Shown: positions 19,315 through 30,122, counted from the first letter of the stretch. The stretch is DNA of 64,000 bases from Nitrososphaerota archaeon (GCA_041641295.1 JBEPYO010000001.1:96001-160000), one strand, 5' to 3'. Notes: generated from the sequence alone by a model not told the origin. Program-made: numbers and translations.

Positions 19315-20031
19315 ATGCATCTGAAGAGACTTGCCGCACCAAGTGTTTACAAAATTCCTAGGAAGGGATACAAGTTTGCGCCGAGACCAAAGCCTGGCAG
19401 GCATCCGTTAGAGGCGTCCATCCCGCTCGCGGTTATAGTTAGGGATTATCTGGGGGTTGCGGCAACTTATGCTGAGGCGAAGAAAATTGTCCACTTAGGC
19501 AAGGTCCTAGTTGATGGGGAGGTTATAACTGAGCCGAGGTTTGGAGTAGGCCTTATGGACGTAATATCAATTCCTTCACTTGGGAAGACATTTCGTGTCC
19601 TACCCCGATTTAAACGGGGGCTCGAACTCTTGGAGATAGGTGAGGATGAGGCGACGATTAAGCCTTGCCAGGTGAAGCGTAAACAGCATGTAAACGGTGG
19701 CTATATCCAGTTTACTCTCCACGATGGTAGGAATCTTCAGTTCCCGCCCAACAGCCCAGAGGTCAGCTCGATAAAGACTGGTGATACATTTGTGATAGAG
19801 TTGCCGAGTCAGGCTGTGAAGGGAGTTATCAAGAGGGTTGAGGGTGCATACTGCCTGATTACCTCGGGTTCTAGGATGGGGCTTCACGGGAGGCTTATCT
19901 CAATGGATGCTGAGAGAAGATATCCCGCTAAGAGGCACGCGGTCATAGAGTCTAGCATGGGCAGGATAACCACTATACTCGACTACTTCATGCCTGTTGG
20001 TGAGGATAAGCCATGGATAGCGCTATTCTAG
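19315..20031 (+). CDS. rps4e: 30S ribosomal protein eS4
   Basis: MHLKRLAAP, PGRH, VGLMDVI, LHDGRN. Confidence 0.97.
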   Translation: MHLKRLAAPSVYKIPRKGYKFAPRPKPGRHPLEASIPLAVIVRDYLGVAATYAEAKKIVHLGKVLVDGEVITEPRFGVGLMDVISIPSLGKTFRVLPRFKRGLELLEIGEDEATIKPCQVKRKQHVNGGYIQFTLHDGRNLQFPPNSPEVSSIKTGDTFVIELPSQAVKGVIKRVEGAYCLITSGSRMGLHGRLISMDAERRYPAKRHAVIESSMGRITTILDYFMPVGEDKPWIALF

Positions 20032-20537
20032 AGAACCCAATGCGTAGAATCAGGGTCAGCAAGGTGGTTGTCAACTCTTCCATAGGAGAGGGTGGAGTAA
20101 AGCTAGAGCGTGCGGTAAAGATACTCGAGATGTTGACCGGCCAGAAGCCTTCAGTCAGAAAGGCGAAGAAGACAATCCGCGGATTTGGTATTAGGAAGGG
20201 AGAGCCGATTGCCGCGGTAGTTACGCTGCGGGGTGTGAGGGCAGTAGAGTTTCTCAGAAAGGCCCTCGCGGCAGTAGGTAATAGACTATCCCGCGACAAT
20301 TTCGATGAATACGGAAACTTTGCTTTTGGCATAAAAGAGCACCTCGAGTTTCCAGGTACGAGGTACGATCCCGAACTGGGGATAATCGGGATGGATGTTA
20401 TAGTGCATCTGGCTAGGCCTGGGCTGAGGGTTTCAACGCGACGGATTAAACGGTCGCGGATTGGCAAATCTCACAGGCTTACACGGGAGGAAGGTATAGA
20501 GTTCGTTAGAAACGAGTTTGGAACTCAGATAGACTAA
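20013..20537 (+). CDS. rpl5: 50S ribosomal protein uL5
   Basis: NPMRRI, FGIRKGEPI, GNFAFGIKEH, YDPELGIIGMD. Confidence 0.97.
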   Translation: MDSAILENPMRRIRVSKVVVNSSIGEGGVKLERAVKILEMLTGQKPSVRKAKKTIRGFGIRKGEPIAAVVTLRGVRAVEFLRKALAAVGNRLSRDNFDEYGNFAFGIKEHLEFPGTRYDPELGIIGMDVIVHLARPGLRVSTRRIKRSRIGKSHRLTREEGIEFVRNEFGTQID

Positions 20538-20642
20538 GGATTCTTTATACGCTCGGAGTATCTGGGGTTAGCTTGTAGTCTCTTATCTGGACTTTTTGCC
20601 AACTGATATATACGGCGATGCATAGTGGCCTAAAGCAGACGC

Positions 20643-23237
20643 ATGGGATACTGGGCCGCCGGCACCCTGCTGGTCCTTTTTCTATGCACCATAATATGGG
20701 CTGGGCTGCCTCTTCCCAACATAGAGGCGCATCGGCTCCAGTACGACGGGGTAGGTTACAGCTCACAGCAAAGAATCGAGTTATCCGCTGAGGAAAGCAT
20801 CGAGATAATTGGGGGGTGGGGTAAATCCACCCTAACAGTCCTCATTGTCCCTAGTGTGGACGAACGTTTGACGAGTTGGGTAGGCAGGTCTGTCGACTGG
20901 TGGAAGAGAGCCAAAGAGACTTTTACAGCACTTCACGGCTATGAATTTTTGAATAGGCTTGAGTTTGTGAAGCTGGTTCGAGGCGTAAATGGCACATCGG
21001 GAGACATCGTTATAGAATACGTGGAAAGCTTGGGAGAGCGGGTATGTGGGATTACATATGTCAGCGTAGTTGATGGGGAGATTAGACAAGCATCGATCCA
21101 GCTATCGCTGGAATGTATCAGAGGTCGGGAAGAGTATGCGTTGGTAGTTGGAATGCATGAGTTCGGTCATGCACTAGGGTTAGGGCACACTAACAACTCG
21201 GCGGACTTGATGTATGATTACCTAGTCCCCGGCTCCAGACCCTCAACCCTAAACCTCTATGCCTTAGCGGTGATTTACAGATGGCTCGAGCGGGGAATTT
21301 TCAAAAGTCCCCCAGATAGTGTATCCCTTCCAGAGGGCATAGAGTATATTCAGCTACTAGACGCTAACGGAGAACCCGTCAAATTCAGGGTAAGGATATA
21401 CCTTCTGCTCGGAGACAACGAGCTCCTCTACAGGACAATATTCGTACCCGCAGGCCAGAGCTTCACCATAAACGTCAACACCATGATTCAATACGCAGAG
21501 GACGCTTGGGAGAGATACGTCTTCACCGGTTGGAGGACGAGAGGGTCGGGACAAACACTCTCTACAAGCACTTCGCTAACACTCAAGCCGACAGGCCACA
21601 CAGACTTTATCGCGGTGTACGACGTCGAGTACAGGGTGGTTGTTGAATATCTCAACAGCACTATTCTCGACGGCTGGATTAGAAGGGGTGGTAGGGTGTT
21701 AGTTAACGCAACGGAGGTGATATATCTATCTACCGATGAGAGGCTGGTCTTTGTCGGTTGGAGGGGCGCGATAAACAGCACCAGCGTAAGGCTTGAGCTT
21801 GTCGTAGAGTCGCCTATCCGCCTTTATGCGGTTTATAGAAGGGAGTTCCTCGTAGATGTTGTATCGGACTACGGGGAGCCCTCAGTCTCAGGCTGGTGGC
21901 CTGAGGGGTCGCTCCTCAACATAACCATCAACCCCAGTGTCGTATACCTCTCAGAGGATGCGAGGATGGTGCTCAGTGGGTTCAACGGCTCCCACCCCGC
22001 CCTAACCCCCCACCTCCTCATCAACCTAACCGAACCAGTACACCTCTCAGCAGTATGGAAACAGCAGTTTCTCGTGACTGTCAGTAGTCCTGGGGGAGAG
22101 ATACAGGAACACGTGTGGGCGGACAACGCATCCAAGATAACAGTCGCCGTGCCTAGAGAGATATTCTGGGATAATGGATCAAAGGCTGTCTTCGAGGGGT
22201 GGCTAAATCCAGGTCTGGCCCCAGAGCCCACGCAGAGTCTGACTATTACCGGTCCTAGAGTTTTAGCCCCTTTCTACGAGAGGTATTATCTCGTGGAATT
22301 TGTCTCCGCTTGGAAGGTTGATACGCCGACAAAGTGGTATAGGCGTGGGGAGGTCTTAGAGTTTGAGGCCCCCAACTCTGTGGAGCTGGATGAAGGATTG
22401 AGGGCAGTATTCATTGGCACCTCCGAAGGTGCTGAGAGAACTCTGAGGTTTGTGGTCAAGGGGCCCAGGGTCGTAGTGATGTATTGGAGAGAAGAGGCGA
22501 GAATAACTGTCAAGAATCCGGTGGGAGGGGTGGATAAAGTAATCTGGGCCCCCATAAACCAGGTTATCCAGCTGGATACCCCCTCCATAATACCCGTCAG
22601 CCCCGATGAGGCGCTCGAGTTCGTTAAATGGACCGGCAGCCTCGAGTCCAGAGAGAGGACCATCTCATTCATAGTTAATGGAAGCATTGAACTCAGACCC
22701 GAGTATAGGCGCGTATATCGCGTCATTTTCAACACCGTACCTCCTCTCGATGTTGAGCTACTGTTTCAGGAAGGGTCGGGCAGGCCCTACAGGGTGTGGA
22801 GCGGCGAGTCGATATGGCTGCCTGAGGGCAGCCTAGCAATTCGGGGGGTGTATTGGAAGGGCCTTGATGTTAAGAATGCCTCAGAAGTATATGTAAACGG
22901 GGCGGGCATCTACCCGGTTAGGCTCGCCGTGAGGAGCTTGAACGTTGAGGTTTTAGACATGCTCGGCATGCCCGCACCCTTCTACGAGGTCCAAGCCCTT
23001 CGCCCCGACACCATTATAGAATCCCGCGCCATTTCAGATTCTTCTGGGCTAGCTAGGCTGGACGCTGTCAGCCCATCGGTTAGCAGGGTGGAGGCTAGAT
23101 GGATGGGTTTTGAAGCCTCTGGAGAGCTGGGCTCGCAGAGAATACAGGTTAGGGTCCCCATAAGCTTCTATACCCTCCTCCTAGCATCTGCTATACTGAT
23201 CACTACGTCTGCGATACAGGCTTATAGGAGGTTCTAG
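20643..23237 (+). CDS. Membrane-anchored metzincin (matrixin-like) zinc metalloprotease with repeated beta-sandwich stalk
   Basis: N-terminal signal/[13 protein letters not shown] plus DLMY Met-turn, about six VFxGW-type repeats, C-terminal TM with basic tail. Confidence 0.85.
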   Translation: MGYWAAGTLLVLFLCTIIWAGLPLPNIEAHRLQYDGVGYSSQQRIELSAEESIEIIGGWGKSTLTVLIVPSVDERLTSWVGRSVDWWKRAKETFTALHGYEFLNRLEFVKLVRGVNGTSGDIVIEYVESLGERVCGITYVSVVDGEIRQASIQLSLECIRGREEYALVVGMHEFGHALGLGHTNNSADLMYDYLVPGSRPSTLNLYALAVIYRWLERGIFKSPPDSVSLPEGIEYIQLLDANGEPVKFRVRIYLLLGDNELLYRTIFVPAGQSFTINVNTMIQYAEDAWERYVFTGWRTRGSGQTLSTSTSLTLKPTGHTDFIAVYDVEYRVVVEYLNSTILDGWIRRGGRVLVNATEVIYLSTDERLVFVGWRGAINSTSVRLELVVESPIRLYAVYRREFLVDVVSDYGEPSVSGWWPEGSLLNITINPSVVYLSEDARMVLSGFNGSHPALTPHLLINLTEPVHLSAVWKQQFLVTVSSPGGEIQEHVWADNASKITVAVPREIFWDNGSKAVFEGWLNPGLAPEPTQSLTITGPRVLAPFYERYYLVEFVSAWKVDTPTKWYRRGEVLEFEAPNSVELDEGLRAVFIGTSEGAERTLRFVVKGPRVVVMYWREEARITVKNPVGGVDKVIWAPINQVIQLDTPSIIPVSPDEALEFVKWTGSLESRERTISFIVNGSIELRPEYRRVYRVIFNTVPPLDVELLFQEGSGRPYRVWSGESIWLPEGSLAIRGVYWKGLDVKNASEVYVNGAGIYPVRLAVRSLNVEVLDMLGMPAPFYEVQALRPDTIIESRAISDSSGLARLDAVSPSVSRVEARWMGFEASGELGSQRIQVRVPISFYTLLLASAILITTSAIQAYRRF

Positions 23238-23671
23238 CGCCTCGGCTTCTTAGCCTTACCCAGAACAAGTAGTTTTAGAGGAACGCCGTTGACAGTAACG
23301 ACCTCATATCTGACACCAGGCAAGTCGCCGTAGCTCTTTCCCAAAGTCCCCCCTATCCCCTGGATAATAACCTCGTCATGCTCGTCAACTACATTAAGGG
23401 CACCGTCGCCGGGCAGGAAGGCGGTCACAACCTTACCATTCTTCGTCAGCTGCACCCGGACACACTTCCTAACTGCGCTGTTAGGCTGCCGCGACTCTAT
23501 TCCCTTCTTCTCTATTACGATTCCCTTAGCCATAGGAGCGCCCTCAAGGGGGTCGAACTTCTCCTTGAGGTTAAGCATCCTAATCTTGTACCTCCTCTGA
23601 CTCCACCTAAACCTCTTCCTAACCTTAATCAGCTGCCTAGCAGCGAACTCTCCATTCCCCATTTCTGCCAT
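23234..23671 (-). CDS. rps12: 30S ribosomal protein uS12
   Basis: [30 protein letters not shown]. Confidence 0.98.
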   Translation of the reverse strand: MAEMGNGEFAARQLIKVRKRFRWSQRRYKIRMLNLKEKFDPLEGAPMAKGIVIEKKGIESRQPNSAVRKCVRVQLTKNGKVVTAFLPGDGALNVVDEHDEVIIQGIGGTLGKSYGDLPGVRYEVVTVNGVPLKLLVLGKAKKPRR

Positions 23672-23766
23672 AGATTATTGAGGGTTGAATTATTTAACCT
23701 CCATCTCTACACGTCACATAGCCTAGCCTCTTACCGAAAGAGGTCCCGGGTGAGAGGGGGAGCGTG

Positions 23767-23887
23767 TCCCGGCGGCAGGATTTGAACCTGCGGCCCTCCG
23801 GTTTCTGTTAGCCCGGTAGGCTGGCAAAGGCGCGGCAGGATGCCGGCCTCTACAGCCGGATGCTCTACCAGGCTGAGCTACGCCGGG
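23767..23887 (-). tRNA. tRNA-Tyr(GTA) with 47-nt intron at canonical 37/38 (intron 23803-23849)
   Basis: CCCGGCG acceptor stem (C1-G72, Tyr identity), TAGCTCAGCCTGGTAGAGC D-arm, TCCGG-CTGTAG/A-CCGGA anticodon arm split by the intron, GTTCAAATC T-loop; CCA not encoded. Confidence 0.95.
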
Positions 23888-23914
23888 TTCTCACTAAATC
23901 CCCTGGAGTCCCCG

Positions 23915-23921
23915 TATTAAA
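23915..23921 (-). promoter_or_regulatory. TATA box of tRNA-Tyr
   Basis: TTTAATA on the minus strand about 30 nt upstream of the tRNA 5' end. Confidence 0.6.
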
Positions 23922-23943
23922 GCCTAATCCTCTCTGAAACAAG

Positions 23944-24522
23944 TTATCCGAGAGCCTCCCTAGCGCCTGATAAGATATACTCGATGGCGATGGCAGCCAA
24001 GAGTATGGCCATTACGCGTGCAACGACATCAGCGCCCACTTCACCTAAAAGGCGATGAAGAGTTTCAAGTTTCCTGAGAATGACCCAGCTGAATAGCATC
24101 ACTATTAGCACAGAAACTATTGCCACGAGCTGGCCGGATGTGTTTATGGTAATCATGGTCGTGGTTATTGCGCCCGGCCCTACCAGTAGTGGAAAGCCTA
24201 TAGGGAAGACACCCACATCCCCGGTCTTTGCCAAAAGTTTCTCACCCCCATAGACGAGGATTTGAAGAGATAAGAAGAGGAAAAGGATACCTCCTGCAAT
24301 CTTGAAGCTGTAAAGTGAGACGTTAAAGAGTGAAAGAATCTGGTGACCCGCAAATGCGAAGAGGAGTAAGAGGGCAGAACCCACAAGGGTCGCAAGGTTG
24401 GAGACCTTTTTACGACCGTCGGAGCTGAGACCATGGGTGAGCTTGACGAGTATCGGAATATTCCCGATTGGGTCCACGACCACGAAAAGGACAATAGTGC
24501 TCTTCAGAACCTCTTCTATCAC
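23944..24522 (-). CDS. MarC family membrane protein
   Basis: LFVVVDPIGNIP, FKIAGGI, PIGFPLLVGPGAIT. Confidence 0.93.
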   Translation of the reverse strand: MIEEVLKSTIVLFVVVDPIGNIPILVKLTHGLSSDGRKKVSNLATLVGSALLLLFAFAGHQILSLFNVSLYSFKIAGGILFLFLSLQILVYGGEKLLAKTGDVGVFPIGFPLLVGPGAITTTMITINTSGQLVAIVSVLIVMLFSWVILRKLETLHRLLGEVGADVVARVMAILLAAIAIEYILSGAREALG

Positions 24523-24599
24523 GACATAGCAATTGCCAGGCTTACTATGTAACCCTTAATTTGATGGCTAAATAGAGGAGTATGAGGGTAACAGTTGCT

Positions 24600-24673
24600 G
24601 CCCCGGTAGCTCAGCCCGGTAGAGCGGCCGCCTTGTAAGCGGCAGGTCGCGGGTTCAAACCCCGCCCGGGGCT
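24600..24673 (+). tRNA. tRNA-Thr(TGT)
   Basis: GCCCCGG/CCGGGGC acceptor stem, GCCGC-CTTGTAA-GCGGC anticodon arm, GCGGGTTCAAACCCCGC T-arm; no intron, CCA not encoded. Confidence 0.96.
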
Positions 24674-24765
24674 AAACTTCCACAAGTTTTCCATACTTCT
24701 GGACTGCCCTTATCCCGCGTTACTGTTTAAATCCTCTCAAATGTGCTTGATACACTGAGGGTTAG

Positions 24766-25731
24766 ATGCCAATACTTGTTACCGGTGCATGTGGCTTCAT
24801 CGGTGCGTGGACTGTGAGGAGGCTTTTAGAGCTGGGGGAGAAGGTGGTTCTGACCGATGTTTCAGGCGACTTATCGAGGCTCAGATATGTTGTTGATGGG
24901 GCTGATAGGCTTCCATTTGTTAGGGGGGATATTGTTGAGGAGGGCTTCATAGATAACATAGTTAGGAACTATGGTGTCGATGCAATAATACACCTAGCCG
25001 CTTTCCAGATACCGCAGTGCAGGGCGGATCCTGTGAAGGGCGCGCTCGTGAATGTGATAGGTACTTTGAGGGTCTTTGAAGCGGCTAAAAAGAATCGAGA
25101 CAAAGTTAGGCGTGTCGTCTATGCGAGCTCGGCCGCCGTTTTCGGGCCTCCAGAACTCTATGGTGAGGGGCCAGTGGCGGTAAACGCCCCTCTAAAACCG
25201 ACAACCCATTACGGCGCCTATAAAGTCTGCAATGAGCTGACCGCAAACGCCTACTGGCATGAGTCCGGCATCCCTAGTGTCGGTCTCAGGCCCCAGGTGG
25301 TCTACGGTTATGGACGTGATGTGGGGGTGACCTCCGATGCCTCGCGCGCGATAAAGGCAGCCATAGCCCGTAGGCCCTACAAGATAAGGTTTGGCGGCTT
25401 GATAGATATGCAGTATGTAGAGGATGTTGCGCACCTGTTTGCTGTCTCTGCAATTAAGGACTTGGATGGAGCCCGAGTCTATAACGTGAGAGGGGATGTA
25501 ATCAGCGTAGCTGAGCTCGTGAAACTCATAGAGGAGGCCACTGGTGCAAAAGGACTCATAACGTTTGAGGATAAACCGCTACCAATACCCGCCTACTTAG
25601 ACGACTCTGAGACAGAGAGAGACCTAGGCCCCCTCAAGAAGACTTCTGCCCGAGAAGGAGTGGCGAAGACAGCGGAGTTTTTCCTCGGGCTCCTAAAGCG
25701 CGGCGAGCTTGATCTCAGCGACCTCACCTGA
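24766..25731 (+). CDS. NAD-dependent epimerase/dehydratase (extended SDR)
   Basis: TGACGFIG, HLAA, YASSAAVFG, YGAYK. Confidence 0.92.
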   Translation: MPILVTGACGFIGAWTVRRLLELGEKVVLTDVSGDLSRLRYVVDGADRLPFVRGDIVEEGFIDNIVRNYGVDAIIHLAAFQIPQCRADPVKGALVNVIGTLRVFEAAKKNRDKVRRVVYASSAAVFGPPELYGEGPVAVNAPLKPTTHYGAYKVCNELTANAYWHESGIPSVGLRPQVVYGYGRDVGVTSDASRAIKAAIARRPYKIRFGGLIDMQYVEDVAHLFAVSAIKDLDGARVYNVRGDVISVAELVKLIEEATGAKGLITFEDKPLPIPAYLDDSETERDLGPLKKTSAREGVAKTAEFFLGLLKRGELDLSDLT

Positions 25732-25773
25732 GAAGGGCGAGATTTTTATGATAATGTTTTGATAGTAGGGGTG

Positions 25774-26976
25774 ATGAGCCTGAACTGGCCTGACGATCCT
25801 GTATTGATGATTCCGGGACCGTCTGAGCTGCATCCGAGGGTTAGGCAGGTCTTGACGGGCAGGTTCTATCCGCACTACGGCTCCGAGTGGGGTGAGATAT
25901 ACTGGGGGGTCGAGGAGGCTGTCCGGAAGATCTTCAGGACAAAAAACGAGGTTATAGTGATGCCTGGACCGGGGTGTCTCGGCCTGGAGCTGGGGATTGT
26001 TAACGTGGCTAACCGTGGAGAGAAGGTGGTCGCACTGACTAACGGATTCTTCGGGGATAGGTTTGCAGAAATAGCTAGTTACTGTGCGGCTGAGGTTGTG
26101 ACACTCAGCTCACCCCCCGGGTACGTAGTCTCCACCGAGGCCCTCAAGGAGTGTCTGGACAAACACCCCGATGCTGTCGCACTGATAGTCGTGCAGAACG
26201 AGTCTGCCACAGGTATACTCAACCCGATACGGCAGTATGTTGAGATAGCTAAGAAGCGCGGTCTTTTCACCGTCGTCGACTCCATCTCATCCTTTGGGGG
26301 AGCCGAGCTTGATGTTGATGGCTGGGGTATTGACGTGTGCGTTGGGTATCCAAACAAGTGTTTAAGCGGGATTCCGGGAGCCCTTCCAGTCTCGATAAGC
26401 AACGAGGTATGGGAGAGGGTGGAGAGGGGGCTTGTAAATCCTGCAACTTGGATGACAAATCTCCGGGTTTGGAGATGGTATAGGAAGAACTGGGCCGATC
26501 ATGGCCACCCTTACCCGACAACAATCAACACGTATGCTTATTTGGCCTTGAAGGTGGCGGCGGAGGTGGCGTTGGAGGAGGGGTTGGAAAAGAGGTACGA
26601 GCGACATCGAAGGGTGGCAGCGGCCTTCAGGGCCGCGGTTAAGGCCATGGGGCTGGGGCTGGTTAGCAGGAATGAGGAGTATGCCTCGCCCACCATCACA
26701 GCGATAGAGCTGCCTCCCGACCTGCGGGGCAAGATTGACCAAATAGTGGGTAAGATGCTACGCGACCACAGAATCATGATAAGTAAAGGGATAGCAGCCA
26801 CAGAAGAAACTGCCATAAGAGTGGGCCATATGGGCTACACAGCTAGCCCACGCTTTCTCACCCCAACACTCGCCGCACTATCTGAGACTATAAGATCACT
26901 GGGATATCAAACATGCTCGACAGGAGATGCAATAGACGCTTTTTACAAAGGCCTGGGAAAATCGCAGGCTGGGTAA
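25774..26976 (+). CDS. Class V PLP aminotransferase (alanine-glyoxylate/serine-pyruvate family)
   Basis: LMIPGP, NGFFGDRF, NESATG, VVDSISS, PNKCL (PLP Lys), IRVGHMG. Confidence 0.92.
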   Translation: MSLNWPDDPVLMIPGPSELHPRVRQVLTGRFYPHYGSEWGEIYWGVEEAVRKIFRTKNEVIVMPGPGCLGLELGIVNVANRGEKVVALTNGFFGDRFAEIASYCAAEVVTLSSPPGYVVSTEALKECLDKHPDAVALIVVQNESATGILNPIRQYVEIAKKRGLFTVVDSISSFGGAELDVDGWGIDVCVGYPNKCLSGIPGALPVSISNEVWERVERGLVNPATWMTNLRVWRWYRKNWADHGHPYPTTINTYAYLALKVAAEVALEEGLEKRYERHRRVAAAFRAAVKAMGLGLVSRNEEYASPTITAIELPPDLRGKIDQIVGKMLRDHRIMISKGIAATEETAIRVGHMGYTASPRFLTPTLAALSETIRSLGYQTCSTGDAIDAFYKGLGKSQAG

Positions 26977-27008
26977 AAAATATAGCCATCGCACGCATAG
27001 ATTTTTTT

Positions 27009-28151
27009 GTGGCCACCCTTTTCGGTGAGCGGATAAGTCGGGATAGGCTTGAGAGGTATGTCGGAGACATTTCACAGGTAGGTGGAGTATCTCTCAGCCA
27101 GCTAATAGACGGGCCGGAGAGCGGTGTTAGATGCATTAACCTCAGGACGGGGCTTCTGAGCGCGACCATAGTGGTGGACCGGGCACTCGACATCGCCAAC
27201 CTCGAGTACAAGGGCATTCCACTGGCATGGATAAGCCCAACCGGCATACAGTCCCCCTCATTCTACGAGCCTGAAGGCCTAAACTGGCTGAGAGGGTTTT
27301 TCGGAGGCGCCCTAACGACATGTGGGCTAACATACTTCGGGAGGCCGACCGTTGACGAGGGCGAACAACTGGGTCTCCATGGACGGGTATCATACATCCC
27401 AGCTAGGCTGAAGGTCTGCAGGGGAAGATGGGAAGGAGACGACTACATTCTTGAGATTGAGGGGGAGGTGAGGGAGGTGAAAGTCTTTGAGCCCAACATC
27501 TCACTCCACAGGAGAATAGAGACCCGGCTCGGAGAGAGCCGAATACTGATAAAGGACACGATAGTCAATAATGGATGGTATCCACAGCCCTTCATGATAC
27601 TCTACCACTTCAACTTCGGATACCCACTATTGAGCAAGGATTCGAGACTAGTGTCAACCTCTCGCCTCGTCGTCCCTAGAGACGCGGACGCAGCTGAAGG
27701 GGCCGAATATTTCGACAGTTTTGAGGACCCCCAGCCAAGATATAGAGAGAAGGTCTATTTCCACGACCTAGCCGTGGATCCTGATGGATACGCTTATGCA
27801 GCCCTCGTTAATAAGAGGCTCTATAATGGCTTGGCCGTGGTTCTCCGGTTCAGAAAGTCGAGCCTAAACAGGCTAATCGAGTGGAAGATGATGGGCGAGG
27901 GGACGTACGTTCTTGGAATAGAGCCGGCGAATGCACTAGTTTTGGGGAGAGATGTTGAGAGGCGTTTCGGGACACTTCAATTCTTAGCTCCGCGCGAGAG
28001 CAGGGAAATTGAGATCGAGCTGAGCGTTTTAGAGGGAGTTGAAGAAATAACCGCCCTCGAGGAGAAGATATTAGCTATACGGGGGCGCGAGAGGCCGAAG
28101 ATTCTAGGGACAGTCGAGGAATTCGTTAATCTGACGCGAGGAACTACCTGA
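27009..28151 (+). CDS. Aldose 1-epimerase-like protein (DUF4432)
   Basis: DRALDI, WLRGFFGG.LTTCGL, GLHGR, LYHFNFGYP, GIEPAN. Start moved to GTG 27009. Confidence 0.85.
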   Translation: MATLFGERISRDRLERYVGDISQVGGVSLSQLIDGPESGVRCINLRTGLLSATIVVDRALDIANLEYKGIPLAWISPTGIQSPSFYEPEGLNWLRGFFGGALTTCGLTYFGRPTVDEGEQLGLHGRVSYIPARLKVCRGRWEGDDYILEIEGEVREVKVFEPNISLHRRIETRLGESRILIKDTIVNNGWYPQPFMILYHFNFGYPLLSKDSRLVSTSRLVVPRDADAAEGAEYFDSFEDPQPRYREKVYFHDLAVDPDGYAYAALVNKRLYNGLAVVLRFRKSSLNRLIEWKMMGEGTYVLGIEPANALVLGRDVERRFGTLQFLAPRESREIEIELSVLEGVEEITALEEKILAIRGRERPKILGTVEEFVNLTRGTT

Positions 28152-28443
28152 AAAGCTGGACATGCTTTATCCCGCCGACCTCGATGCAGGCAGACTCGCA
28201 CACCAGCCCATCTGATATAGCCTTCCCGACCACGTCATTCCCCAACAAGTTTATGATCGTCGCACCCTCTATGGCTTTTTTGACCCCCTCCCAATCAACC
28301 ATTCTACCCATGTAGAAGTCGGGGCTAACAGAGACTTCATACCCATCACGAACCTTCAACCTAGATCCTAACAGCTCGGAGTCACAGACCGCGACAACTA
28401 CCTCGCCCGTCAACGACCTATGCATCTTCAGCCAGTAGGACAT
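28144..28443 (-). CDS. DUF424 family protein
   Basis: VVAVCDSELLG, FYMG, ATIINLLG..VV..A, IKHVQ. Confidence 0.9.
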   Translation of the reverse strand: MSYWLKMHRSLTGEVVVAVCDSELLGSRLKVRDGYEVSVSPDFYMGRMVDWEGVKKAIEGATIINLLGNDVVGKAISDGLVCESACIEVGGIKHVQLFR

Positions 28444-28518
28444 ACAGGGCCTCCAAGTGATAACCCACCTGCGCCAAAATAAATTTTTCACACACGGAGG
28501 CGGGCTACAATAACTGGT

Positions 28519-29199
28519 TCAAACGAAAAACGGTACCACGCCCATAGGTAGTGATATGAGAGTTATGAACGAGACAAGGGGAACAGTAATATTATCGTCA
28601 ACCCACCGGAATTCAAGTTTCTCTATAATCGAGGCGGCAGCCCCCGCCACGGCGCCCGATACTCCGAGCAAGAGAAAGCCGGTGGGGATGCAGAAGAGGG
28701 CCATGGCCAAGTTACCCCACCAAGACTTTGTTCGCCGCTGGTAGATCATATTTCTAACAATTCCAGTAATGCCGTCGCCAACGCTCATGAAGAGGATGGG
28801 TAAGACGCCGATAGCTAAGTTCCCTAAGAGAAATCCTAGACCCATCATCAATCCCCACATTATTATGAAGTGGACCTCGTACATGTTTTCCTTCACCTGA
28901 TACCAATACCAAATCTTTCCACTCCGGTGGGGGAGATAGTTTCCGATGGCAAGCACCGCTACGAGTACAGCGATTAATATGAAACTCTTAAACAGTAAGG
29001 GAACGAGGACGGATACTAATCCCCCAGCCAGTATATGGATTATTTTCCTGTTGTAGTAAACAGCTACATGGTGCTCATACCCCCTGTTTAAGAGTGCGTT
29101 GTAAACTCTCTTGCAGAGGTAATGGCTTACAAACAACACCCACCCGAATAAGGCAGTCACGTAGATAAACTCCGTCGGTGTGGGCGTGGAGAGCGGCAT
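28519..29199 (-). CDS. Dolichol/phytol kinase-like membrane protein
   Basis: RKIIHI, GDGITG, KSWWG, DDNITVP; multi-TM. Confidence 0.85.
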   Translation of the reverse strand: MPLSTPTPTEFIYVTALFGWVLFVSHYLCKRVYNALLNRGYEHHVAVYYNRKIIHILAGGLVSVLVPLLFKSFILIAVLVAVLAIGNYLPHRSGKIWYWYQVKENMYEVHFIIMWGLMMGLGFLLGNLAIGVLPILFMSVGDGITGIVRNMIYQRRTKSWWGNLAMALFCIPTGFLLLGVSGAVAGAAASIIEKLEFRWVDDNITVPLVSFITLISLPMGVVPFFV

Positions 29200-29279
29200 A
29201 GACTCAAACCGAAAATTGTGTGAAATAAGGTTTACTGTCTAATAAGAGACCTAGCGGGTAATATGATTGGTGCGTGCGG

Positions 29280-29699
29280 CTATAGCCTTCTCAGCTCGCC
29301 AACCAGAATACCCAGACCTATAATAGCCACAAGCAAGCCGAATAGACTCGAAAAAAGAGAGGAAAACGACGGATATCTCCACACAAACCACTCCCAAGGC
29401 CTGACACCCATGATCCCAATGCCTACTATAAGCAGGATGAGGCCGGCGGCAAGAGGTAAGAGCTGAGCGATATCGGAAGGTGGTGAAAGAGGGGACACTC
29501 CGCCCTTCCGCGGTATGATCAGGGCAGCTACACAATAAAGCGCAATCATGGGTATGGGGGCCAACACGGCGAGAACAACGCCCACCAGCCTCAGGATGTT
29601 GGGGTCTACGTTGAAGTACTCGCCCAGTCCGCCGAAAACCCCTGCCAAGACCCTGTCCCTAGCCGATCGCTCTAGGGCTTTAGACGTATTTAGACCCAC
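29280..29699 (-). CDS. PspC domain membrane protein
   Basis: RS..DRVLAGVFGGLGEYFNVDPNILRL. Confidence 0.9.
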   Translation of the reverse strand: MGLNTSKALERSARDRVLAGVFGGLGEYFNVDPNILRLVGVVLAVLAPIPMIALYCVAALIIPRKGGVSPLSPPSDIAQLLPLAAGLILLIVGIGIMGVRPWEWFVWRYPSFSSLFSSLFGLLVAIIGLGILVGELRRL

Positions 29700-29789
29700 G
29701 TGCCACCCATGTCTTCACTGCCTTTAAACTTTTGGAGAAGATGGCTCGATTTATCCATCTTTAAATCGCGGGCTGCATATATATTGGCC

Positions 29790-30122
29790 GTGGGTAAAAG
29801 GAAGATAATCGCTGAGCCAAAGGAGTTAGAGAATATGCCTGAGCCCGGGCCAGACGATGTATACGGAGTGATATCTAAGATGGTGGGATATGACAAAGTA
29901 ATCGTCGACTGTTCGGATGGCAAGCAGAGGCTTTGTAGGATTCGAGGTCAGCTCAAGAGGAAGATATGGGTTAAGGAGGGCGACCTGGTCCTTGTCAGCC
30001 CCTGGGACTTCCAGAGGGACACGCGAGGGGACATCTGGTGGAGGTTCACGAAGAATCAGGCCCTCAGCCTCGCGCAGAAAGGTGTTCTGCCGGAGTTTCT
30101 TAGGGCTCGGATAGAAAAGTAG
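29790..30122 (+). CDS. eif1a: Translation initiation factor aIF-1A
   Basis: C.DGKQRLCRIRG.LKRKIWVKEGDLVLVSPWDFQ. Start moved to GTG 29790. Confidence 0.95.
   Translation: MGKRKIIAEPKELENMPEPGPDDVYGVISKMVGYDKVIVDCSDGKQRLCRIRGQLKRKIWVKEGDLVLVSPWDFQRDTRGDIWWRFTKNQALSLAQKGVLPEFLRARIEK

Noticed and set aside
23726-23742. Small hairpin CCTCT-TACCGAA-AGAGG between tRNA-Tyr and rps12
   Set aside because: Too short to support an ncRNA call; may be part of the tRNA trailer or terminator.
23700-24760. tRNA pair as the integration site of a mobile element
   Set aside because: No integrase and no duplicated tRNA 3' end seen; flanks are housekeeping genes.
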